From an uncultured cyanobacterium (GTDB lineage: Bacteria > Cyanobacteriota > Cyanobacteriia > PCC-6307 > Cyanobiaceae): 64,000 nucleotides of DNA. Position numbers and translations under genes: made by a program. The stretch is from contig CAVXWZ010000008.1 of assembly GCA_963765575.1 (NCBI GenBank), positions 32,001-96,000 of the forward strand. The letters run 5' to 3'. Below, piece after piece: positions 54,148-64,000 of this stretch. The notes beneath the pieces were generated by a model that was not told where the DNA came from, did not search any database, and saw nothing but the letters and a program-made list of their open reading frames with translations. The stretch's first letter is position 1. Each line of letters begins with the position of its first letter.

Positions 54148-55854
54148 TCAGGGCCGTTCACTGTGGCGGGCGGCCACGGCCCGGCGCGCCACCTGCTCGG
54201 CCACCTTGATGCCATCGATCGCCGCCGAGAGGATGCCGCCGGCGTAGCCGGCCCCCTCCCCTGCCGGAAACAGTCCGGGCGTGTTCAGCGACTCGAGGCT
54301 GTGGTCATCGCGGTCCAGGCGGAGCGGCGAGGAGGTGCGTGTCTCCACCCCGGTGAGCACCGCATCCGCCTGGCAGAACCCCGGGATCCGTCGCTGGAAC
54401 TGGGGCAGGGCCTCACGGATCGCCGCCACCACGAAGGCCGGCAGACAGGGGCTGAGGTCGGTGAACACCACCCCGGGTTGGTAGGACGGCACCACCTCGC
54501 CGGGCCCCTGGCGAGGTGGTACGGCGGCGAGGAAATCGTCCAGCCGCTGGGCCGGGGCCCTCAGGCTGCAGCCACCGGCCTCGAAGGCCCGCCGCTCCCA
54601 GTGGCGCTGGAAGGCCACCCCCGCCAGGGGATCACCCGGTCCGTCGCCGTAGGGCTCCAGATCGGCCAGGTCCACAGTCACCACCAGGCCACTGTTGGCG
54701 TTGCGCTCATTGCGGGTGTGCTGACTCATGCCGTTGGTGACCACGGCCTCCGCCTCCGAGGTGGCCCCCACCACCAGCCCGCCGGGGCACATGCAGAAGC
54801 TGTAGACGCTGCGGCCGCTGAGCCCGGCCCCGCGGCAGTGGTGCACGAGCTTGTATTCCGCGGCGCCGAGCCGGGGATGGCCCGCCTGCTCTCCCCAGCG
54901 GGCGCGATCGATCAGGGGCTGGGGATGTTCGATCCGCAGCCCCACCGCGAAGGCTTTGGCCCGCATGCTCACGCCCGTCTGCTGCAGCCAGGTGAAGGTG
55001 TCGCGGGAGCTGTGGCCCACCGCCAGCACCACGGCGTCGGTGGCCAGCCGTCGGCCATCGGCGAGCAGCACCCCCCGCACCCGCCGGCTGCCGGGTTCGA
55101 GATCCAGGCCGCTCACCCGGCACTCGAACCACACCTCTCCGCCCAGGCTCTCGATGCGTCGGCGCAGGCCCCGCACCACCGTGGCCAGCTTGAAGGTACC
55201 GATGTGGGGCCGGTGCAGGGTGAGGATCTCCGGGTTGGCGCCGGCCTCCACCAGCTCCTCCAGCACCCGGCGCCCATAGGCCTTGGGCTCGCTCACCTGG
55301 CTGTAGAGCTTGCCGTCGGAGAAGGTGCCGGCGCCGCCCTCGCCAAACTGGGCGTTGGACTCCGGGTTGAAGGGACGTTGGCCTTTCCAGAAGCCGAAGG
55401 TGTCGGCACTGCGCTGCTTCACGGGCCGGCCCCGTTCCAGCAGCAGGGGCCGCAGGCCCATGCGGGCCAGCATCAAGGCGGCGAAGTAGCCGCAGGGACC
55501 GGTCCCCACCACCACCGGCCGCAGGCTTGGTGCCTCGGCGGCTGAGAGCTGCACCGGCAGGTGGTGGCGATCGTCGGGGCTTGGTCTGAGCTGGGGATCG
55601 TCGCGGAAGCGGCGCCTGAGCCTGGCCTCCACGGCCTGCTCGAACTCCAGATCGAGGCTGTACACCAGGCTGATCGCCCCGGCCTTGCGGGCGTCGACGC
55701 TGCGTTTCACCAGCCGCTGGCCCAGCAGCTGATCGGGGTGCAGACGCAGGCGGCGGCAGATCGCCGCCGTCAGGTCGGCCCCGTCGTGGTCGAGGGGCAG
55801 CTTGAGCTCGCTCAGCCGCAGCACGGCAGCCTCTCCGCTGATGGATGACTGCAT
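54148..55854 (-). CDS. NAD(P)/FAD-dependent oxidoreductase
   Basis: GTGPCG, GEGGAGTFSDGKL, GEGAGYAGGI. Confidence 0.9.
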   Translation of the reverse strand: MQSSISGEAAVLRLSELKLPLDHDGADLTAAICRRLRLHPDQLLGQRLVKRSVDARKAGAISLVYSLDLEFEQAVEARLRRRFRDDPQLRPSPDDRHHLPVQLSAAEAPSLRPVVVGTGPCGYFAALMLARMGLRPLLLERGRPVKQRSADTFGFWKGQRPFNPESNAQFGEGGAGTFSDGKLYSQVSEPKAYGRRVLEELVEAGANPEILTLHRPHIGTFKLATVVRGLRRRIESLGGEVWFECRVSGLDLEPGSRRVRGVLLADGRRLATDAVVLAVGHSSRDTFTWLQQTGVSMRAKAFAVGLRIEHPQPLIDRARWGEQAGHPRLGAAEYKLVHHCRGAGLSGRSVYSFCMCPGGLVVGATSEAEAVVTNGMSQHTRNERNANSGLVVTVDLADLEPYGDGPGDPLAGVAFQRHWERRAFEAGGCSLRAPAQRLDDFLAAVPPRQGPGEVVPSYQPGVVFTDLSPCLPAFVVAAIREALPQFQRRIPGFCQADAVLTGVETRTSSPLRLDRDDHSLESLNTPGLFPAGEGAGYAGGILSAAIDGIKVAEQVARRAVAARHSERP

Positions 55855-55863
55855 AGTCAAAGC

Positions 55864-55908
55864 GTTGGCCAGAAAACAGTTGGCCAGGAAACAGTTGGCC
55901 AGGAACTG
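55864..55908. repeat. Three 15-bp tandem repeats, GTTGGCCAGRAAACA (third copy degenerate)
   Basis: Copies start at 55864, 55879 and 55894. Confidence 0.85.
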
Positions 55909-55970
55909 TTGCGCCGCCGCCGCTGTGGGCGCTGTTCTGCCAGGCTGGGAGTCCATGCTGGACGGGGCCC

Positions 55971-56120
55971 ATGTCACTCACCCACTGCCCGCTCTGCATT
56001 GCCCTGGGCGTGCTCAGCGTGTCCCGGGCCGTCAACTTCGGCCTCCTGCTCTGGGTGCTCCTGAAGGGCCCGGATGATCAGCCGGCGCTGTTCTCGGCCC
56101 CGACCTCGGCCCTGTCCTGA
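55971..56120 (+). CDS. Small CxxC membrane peptide, 49 aa (not in the ORF track)
   Basis: MSLTHCPLCIALGVLSVSRAVNFGLLLWVLLKGPDDQPALFSAPTSALS; TGA overlaps the ATG of the next gene. Confidence 0.6.
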   Translation: MSLTHCPLCIALGVLSVSRAVNFGLLLWVLLKGPDDQPALFSAPTSALS

Positions 56121-56881
56121 TGGTTGCCGCCACCTATTTCGGCGCCAACGGCTGGCTGCTGGAGTTCGATGGCCTGCGGGTGCTCGTGGACCCGTGGCTC
56201 TGCGGTGAGCTGGTGTTCCCGCCCGGGCGCTGGTTCTTCGCCGGCAGCCTTCCCCATCCCTGGCCCGTTCCCGCCGCCCTGGATCTGCTGCTGCTCACCC
56301 AGGGACTGCCGGACCACTGCCATCCCCCCAGCCTGGCGCTTCTCGATCGCTCCCTGCCGGTGGTGGGTTCGGCCACGGCCGCCAAGCGGGTGCGGCAGCT
56401 GGGCTTCGCCGATGTCACGGCGCTGGCGCCGGGCCAGTGCCACCGGCTGGGGGCGCTCTCGATCCGGGCCACAGCCGGCGCACCGGTTCCCCAGGTGGAG
56501 AACGGCTATCGCCTCGACCACCCGGCCGGCAGCCTCTACCTCGAACCCCACGGCTATCTGGATGCCGACCTGCCGCCCGAACCCCTCGCTGCGGTGATCA
56601 CGCCCGTGGTGGATCTGGCCCTGCCGTTGGCTGGTGCCTTTGTGCGCGGCCGCCAGGTGCTGCCGCTGCTGCTCGAGCGTTTCCGGCCGGCAGTGGTGTT
56701 GGCGAGCACCGCCGGCGGTGACGTGCGTTTTGCCGGGCTGCTCACCCGTGCCCTCAGCCAACTGGGCAGCAACGAGGAGGCCGCGGCCCTGGCTGCCGCT
56801 GCTGCCGCCAGCGGTCAGGCACCGACGCGCTTCATCGATCCGATCCCAGGGCAGGCCTACCGGCTCGCCCCACCGGCCTGA
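56120..56881 (+). CDS. Metallo-beta-lactamase-fold protein
   Basis: GANGWLLE..VLVDPW, LTQGLPDHCH, YLEPHG. Confidence 0.82.
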   Translation: MVAATYFGANGWLLEFDGLRVLVDPWLCGELVFPPGRWFFAGSLPHPWPVPAALDLLLLTQGLPDHCHPPSLALLDRSLPVVGSATAAKRVRQLGFADVTALAPGQCHRLGALSIRATAGAPVPQVENGYRLDHPAGSLYLEPHGYLDADLPPEPLAAVITPVVDLALPLAGAFVRGRQVLPLLLERFRPAVVLASTAGGDVRFAGLLTRALSQLGSNEEAAALAAAAAASGQAPTRFIDPIPGQAYRLAPPA

Positions 56882-56910
56882 CCCACCACCGGGCAGATCA
56901 CCCCCGCGTT

Positions 56911-57831
56911 ATGGCTGCCTCTTTCCCGCCACTGCCGTCCTGGTTGAGCGATCCCCTGGTCGCCAAGTTGGCCGCGGCGGCGGTGGTGCTGGTAGGCGTG
57001 AGCGTTCTGATCCGGGTGAGTCAGATGTCGCTCACCCCCTACCTGCGGGATCCGGACACTCGCTATTACACCCGCAAACTCGTGGCCCTGAGCGGCTACT
57101 TCGTGGCGGCGGTGGCGATCACGGTGATTTTCAAAGACCGCCTCGGGGGGCTCACCGTGGCCCTCGGGGTGGCTGGTGCGGGCATCGCCTTTGCCCTGCA
57201 GGAGGTGATCGGCAGTGTGGCCGGCTGGATCGCCATCTCCTTCGGCGGCTTTTACCGGCCTGGGGATCGGGTGCAGCTCGGTGGCATCAAGGGAGACGTC
57301 ATCGACATCGGCATCCTGCGCACCACCTTGATGGAGCTTGGGGAGTGGGTGAATTCGGATCTCTACAACGGGCGCATTGTGCGCATCGCCAATAGCTTCG
57401 TGTTCAAGCAGCCGGTGTTCAATTATTCCGGCGACTTTCCGTTCCTCTGGGATGAGTTGCGCCTGCCGGTGCAGTACGGCAGTGATCACCGCCTGGTGCG
57501 CCAGATCCTGGAGAGGATCGGGGCGGAGATCGCCCCCCAGGCGTTCACGGAATCGGTGCGCTCAGCCTGGAGCGCGATGGTTCGCAAGTATCTGCTGGAG
57601 AACGCCGGCGTGCAGCCCCAAGTCACGCTGGCGCTCACCGATAACTGGATGGAGTTCACCCTGCGCTACGTGGTCGACGTCAAGACCCGCCGTTCCACAA
57701 AAGACGAGCTCTATCTCAGGATCCTGGAGGAATTCGAGCGTGCCGGCGATCAGGCCCGCATCGCCTCCAGCACCGTTCAGCTGGTGCAGGTCCCCCCGTT
57801 GCAGGTGCGCCTGGAGAAATCCGGGGATTAG
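56911..57831 (+). CDS. MscS-family mechanosensitive channel
   Basis: GAGIAFALQE, PGDRVQLGGIKGDVIDIG. Confidence 0.9.
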   Translation: MAASFPPLPSWLSDPLVAKLAAAAVVLVGVSVLIRVSQMSLTPYLRDPDTRYYTRKLVALSGYFVAAVAITVIFKDRLGGLTVALGVAGAGIAFALQEVIGSVAGWIAISFGGFYRPGDRVQLGGIKGDVIDIGILRTTLMELGEWVNSDLYNGRIVRIANSFVFKQPVFNYSGDFPFLWDELRLPVQYGSDHRLVRQILERIGAEIAPQAFTESVRSAWSAMVRKYLLENAGVQPQVTLALTDNWMEFTLRYVVDVKTRRSTKDELYLRILEEFERAGDQARIASSTVQLVQVPPLQVRLEKSGD

Positions 57832-57853
57832 GGGCCAGGCCTCAGCGCCGCGA

Positions 57854-60349
<2,496 letters not shown>

Positions 60350-60441
60350 GGAGCGGGGGCAGCCATCCCCACTCTTGCCCCTGGGCGCGGTGGTGGCCGC
60401 AACTGTGAACGGCACGCTGCCCTCGGTCAGGGAGGAAACGG

Positions 60442-60903
60442 GTGGCACAGTGGGTCCAACCCTCCTACGCCCCGTTCGTGCTCCGCCCTCCCCACGTCTG
60501 GATCGCTTCGGCTGCTCTCACCCTGGCGGCGGTGCTGCCACTCCCCGCTGTTGCCCAGGCCCAGGCCGCTCCTGCTGGTCCGATCTCCCAGCAGTCCATG
60601 GGCGACATGGCCCTGGCTGCGGCCGTGAACGTGTGCGAACTGGCCGTGGAAGAGAAGATTCCCGTCCAGAAAACGGTGCTGGCGATGGCCAAGGCCATGA
60701 CCTACGTCGTCACCAATCGCTACGGCGCCCAGGTGGCCGGCGCGGGCAAACTCCAGCCTGAGCAGATCGCCAACGGCAGCATCGTGCAGGTGGTGGGCCG
60801 GGTGCGCCAGGGCTGTTACGACAAGCTCAACGCCACCGACAAGAAGTTTGTCGATGACGTGCTCAGTGAGGTCAACCGGGCGATGGGCAGCCAGGGCAAC
60901 TGA
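60442..60903 (+). CDS. Exported hypothetical protein
   Basis: Signal-peptide-like N-terminus, two Cys, coherent ORF. Confidence 0.65.
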   Translation: MAQWVQPSYAPFVLRPPHVWIASAALTLAAVLPLPAVAQAQAAPAGPISQQSMGDMALAAAVNVCELAVEEKIPVQKTVLAMAKAMTYVVTNRYGAQVAGAGKLQPEQIANGSIVQVVGRVRQGCYDKLNATDKKFVDDVLSEVNRAMGSQGN

Positions 60904-60928
60904 GCCAGGGCTGGGCCATCGCGGCTCG

Positions 60929-61168
60929 CTAGTTCTCTTTCTGCTGATCAGGGGCCTGCGGCTCAGCCCCCTGCTGCTCCGGAGTGGGCTCCGGCAGCAG
61001 TTGGGCGAGCAGGCCCCCGCCCATCAGCACGCCACCAAGGGCCAGAGCCAGGCTGCGGTTGGCGGCAGCAGCTCCCTCCCCACTCCAGGCGGCGGCGGCG
61101 AGGAAGGCCCCCCCGAGCAGCAGGCAGGGCACCAGCACGATGCCCTTGGCGGTGCGGTTGAGGCTCAT
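60929..61168 (-). CDS. Small membrane protein (GIVxVP type)
   Basis: NRTAKGIVLVPCLLLGGAFL; two hydrophobic segments. Confidence 0.75.
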   Translation of the reverse strand: MSLNRTAKGIVLVPCLLLGGAFLAAAAWSGEGAAAANRSLALALGGVLMGGGLLAQLLPEPTPEQQGAEPQAPDQQKEN

Positions 61169-61536
61169 CGCTTCAGCTCCGCGCAGGCCTGGGGGTCGGC
61201 CTGCGCCAGGGGTGCGGCCAGCCCCTCGGCCACCAGAGCCGCCCCAAGATCCAGCGCCGGGTGCGAGCGGTCGGCGATGGTGCTCACCCGGGCCAACAGC
61301 TGTCCATCGCGTTGATCCACCGGCCGCAGGTTCACCCGGGTGCCACGCGGAGCATGCTGACGCAACCAGTCCACAGCCTCGTCTTCCCTGGCCGGATCCA
61401 CGCCCACACAGGCGAGTTCCACGGCGTAGCTGCGGTTGCTGTCACCCACCTGCAGCACGGTGGCAGTGCGCACCTGCAGCACCTGGGCGGCGGCTGCAGC
61501 GCCAGGTGCCAGAAGGATCGTCAGCGCCAGCACCAT
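61165..61536 (-). CDS. Thermonuclease-like (SNase fold) protein
   Basis: VLQVR..QVGDSNRSYAVELAC..RVNLRP..DLGAALVAEGLA. Confidence 0.65.
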   Translation of the reverse strand: MVLALTILLAPGAAAAAQVLQVRTATVLQVGDSNRSYAVELACVGVDPAREDEAVDWLRQHAPRGTRVNLRPVDQRDGQLLARVSTIADRSHPALDLGAALVAEGLAAPLAQADPQACAELKR

Positions 61537-61586
61537 GCTGACGAAGAGGGCTGGCAGCAGTGGGCGCTGCAGGGCGCGGCAGGGGT

Positions 61587-63476
61587 TCAGAGCTTGGCGC
61601 CGCAACTGGGGCAGAACAGGTGAGCGCTGGCGGTGGTAGCGCCGCACTGGCCGCACTGCCTGCTGGTGTCAATAGCCAGTTCGGGGTGGCTGGGCAGCCC
61701 CACCATCTGGGCGTTGCTGGCGCCGGGGGGCACCATCGGATAGCAGTTCTCGTTGCGGCGCACCTTGACGTCGATGAAGGCCGGACCGGGATGGTCCAGT
61801 GCCTCCTGCAGCTGCTGGCGCAGGTTGGCCCGCTCGCTGATGAGCACGCCGCGCAAGCCGAATGATTCGGCCAGGCGCTTGAAGTCGGGCATGCCGCCCA
61901 TCATCTCCGAGGCTGAGTAGCGCTCTCCGTAGAAGCTTTCCTGCCACTGGCGCACCATGCCCTGCCAGCCGTTGTTGATCACCACCACCTTCACCGCCAG
62001 GTCGTACTGGGCCAGGGTGCCGAGCTCCTGGATGTTCATCAGGATGCTGGCGTCGCCGGCGATGCAGATCACCTGCTCGGAGGGATAGGCGGTCTGCACC
62101 CCCATGGCGGCGGGCATGCCGAAGCCCATCGTGCCCAGACCGGCGGAGCTGATCCAGCGCCGGGGGCCGTTGTGCAGAAACTGGGCGGCCCACATCTGGT
62201 GCTGCCCCACATCGGTGGTGTAGAAGGCATCCGGCGCCAGCTCCCGCAGGGCCACCATCACCTCCTGGGGTGAGATCTCGCCCACCGCTGCCGGCACCAC
62301 CAGGGGATAGTGCTGTTTCCAGCTGGCGATGCGATCCAGCCAGGCCTCGGTGCGGCCCTCGGAGCCCTCACCCGAACTGCAGGCGAGCAGGGCCTCAAGG
62401 GCCTGCGTCACATCGCCCACCACCGGCACCTCGGGAACCCGTGTTTTGCCCACTTCAGCCGCATCGATGTCGATGTGGATCACCTGGGCACGCGGGGCGA
62501 AGCCATCGAGCCGGCCGGTGACCCGATCGTCGAAGCGGGCGCCGGCGGCGATCAGCAGATCGCACTCGGTGACGGCGAAATTGGCGTAGGCGGTGCCGTG
62601 CATGCCGAGCATGCCGAGGGCGAGCGGATGCTTCTCGTCAAAGGCCCCCTTGCCCATCAGCGTGGTGGTCACCGGCAGCCGGAAGCGTTCTGCCAGCTCC
62701 AGCAGGGCGCCGTGGGCGCCGCTGCTGATGGCGCCGCCACCCACGTAGAGCAGGGGCCTGCGGGCCTGGCGGATCAGCTCGATGGCCTGTTGGATCGCCT
62801 CCGCAGCCGGGGGGGCGGGCAGCCGGTAGCCCTTGGGCAACGATGTGCCCGGTTCCACAGGCACGTAGTCGAACTCCTCCAGCCCAACGTCCTTGGGCAC
62901 GTCGATGAGCACCGGACCGGGCCGGCCACTGGCGGCGATCAGGAAGGCCTCGGCCACGATGCGGCCGATCTCCCGGGGGTCCCGCACCACCCAGGAGTGC
63001 TTCACGATCGGCAGGGTGATGCCGAAGATGTCAGTTTCCTGGAAGGCATCGGTGCCGATTGAGGCCCGCGGCACCTGGCCGCTGATCACCACCATCGGCA
63101 CCGAATCCATGTGGGCGGTGGCGATGCCCGTGACCAGGTTGGTGGCGCCGGGCCCGGAGGTCCCGAAGCACACGCCCACCTTGCCGGTGGCGCGGGCGTA
63201 GGCGTCGGCGGCGTGGGTGCCGCCCTGCTCATGGCGCACCAGGATGTGCTTCAGCCAGCCCCGAGCCTCGGCCTTGTGGAGCTCGTCGTAGATGGGCAGG
63301 ATGGCGCCGCCCGGATAGCCGAAGATGTGCTTCACCCCGTGGCGGCGCAGGGCATCCATCAGGGCATAGCCCCCGTTCACCCGCTGCGGTTGGTCGCCGC
63401 CCCGCTCAGCCGCCTGAGGCGGTTTGCGTTCACGAATGCTGGTTTGGGCGGCAGAGGTGAGGGGCGAGAGCGTCAC
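61587..63476 (-). CDS. ilvB: Acetolactate synthase large subunit
   Basis: [34 protein letters not shown]. Confidence 0.96.
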   Translation of the reverse strand: MTLSPLTSAAQTSIRERKPPQAAERGGDQPQRVNGGYALMDALRRHGVKHIFGYPGGAILPIYDELHKAEARGWLKHILVRHEQGGTHAADAYARATGKVGVCFGTSGPGATNLVTGIATAHMDSVPMVVISGQVPRASIGTDAFQETDIFGITLPIVKHSWVVRDPREIGRIVAEAFLIAASGRPGPVLIDVPKDVGLEEFDYVPVEPGTSLPKGYRLPAPPAAEAIQQAIELIRQARRPLLYVGGGAISSGAHGALLELAERFRLPVTTTLMGKGAFDEKHPLALGMLGMHGTAYANFAVTECDLLIAAGARFDDRVTGRLDGFAPRAQVIHIDIDAAEVGKTRVPEVPVVGDVTQALEALLACSSGEGSEGRTEAWLDRIASWKQHYPLVVPAAVGEISPQEVMVALRELAPDAFYTTDVGQHQMWAAQFLHNGPRRWISSAGLGTMGFGMPAAMGVQTAYPSEQVICIAGDASILMNIQELGTLAQYDLAVKVVVINNGWQGMVRQWQESFYGERYSASEMMGGMPDFKRLAESFGLRGVLISERANLRQQLQEALDHPGPAFIDVKVRRNENCYPMVPPGASNAQMVGLPSHPELAIDTSRQCGQCGATTASAHLFCPSCGAKL

Positions 63477-63570
63477 GGCTGCGGCGGCCAAGCAGCTGGC
63501 CAATGGATGAGGTGAGCCAACCCTAGGCGTTGCCTGGGCATCTCGGTTCCGTGCGCTGGCTTCCGCTTGC

Positions 63571-64000
63571 TCACTGGCGGGCCTGGGCCATGGCCCGCAG
63601 CACCAGGGCCGGATCCAGCCATTCGTCGCGGAAGCGCATGCCCCAGTGCAGGTGCGGGCCGGTGCTGCGGCCGCTGACCCCCACGTGGCCGATCAGCTCA
63701 CCACTGCGCACCGGCTGGCCGGAGCGGATCGCCACCGGTCCGCTGCGGTACACCCCGCCCGAGGCCGATCCGGAGAGGTGGCAATAGATGTGTTCGTAGT
63801 CGCCGGAGCGGATCACCAGGCCCACGCCACAGGTGCCGTCGTTGATCACGCTCGTCACCACCCCGCCCCACCAGTTGCGGATCGGTGAACCCATCGGGGC
63901 GGCGATGTCGAGGCCGTAGTGGGGCTCCACTGCCCCCCAGGGGCCGCTGCGGGTGCCGAAATGGCTGGTGTACCCGGCGAAGTTCACCACCGGGAAGACG
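63571..64000 (-). CDS. M23 family metallopeptidase (5' end outside the window)
   Basis: [17 protein letters not shown]. Confidence 0.88.
   Translation of the reverse strand, partial: VFPVVNFAGYTSHFGTRSGPWGAVEPHYGLDIAAPMGSPIRNWWGGVVTSVINDGTCGVGLVIRSGDYEHIYCHLSGSASGGVYRSGPVAIRSGQPVRSGELIGHVGVSGRSTGPHLHWGMRFRDEWLDPALVLRAMAQARQ

Overview
High-GC picocyanobacterial DNA (Cyanobium/Synechococcus-like, judged from the alpha-carboxysome operon, Form IA Rubisco and aar/ado). Bases 1-~10,980 are the right part of a phage-like integrative element next to the 3' end of tRNA-Pro(TGG). It carries a primase-helicase, SF2 helicase, stacked toxin-antitoxin modules, VRR-NUC, ERF-like and T7 gp2.5-like ssDNA proteins, an excisionase and arm-type repeats. 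The rest is mostly core genome: ridA-gloB-hisG...dnaA, then cbbX-cupB-ndhD4/F4-cso operon-por-psaM, trpF, folE, accA-aar-ado, a cryptochrome-like gene, ppsA and ilvB. The main observation is one architecture found at two independent loci: geneA - cassette 1 - [fragment of geneB + fragment of geneA] - cassette 2 - geneB. It occurs between dnaA and cbbX (near-identical 126 bp and 56 bp flank copies) and between the element's helicase and VRR-NUC genes (short, diverged copies). This suggests integrase-independent stacking of variable cassettes. Caveat: about 11 apparent frameshifts, two of them in dnaA, all lie left of ~20.5 kb and are probably sequencing errors, so the junctions need read-level confirmation. 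All family calls come from recognising motifs by eye; no searches were run.
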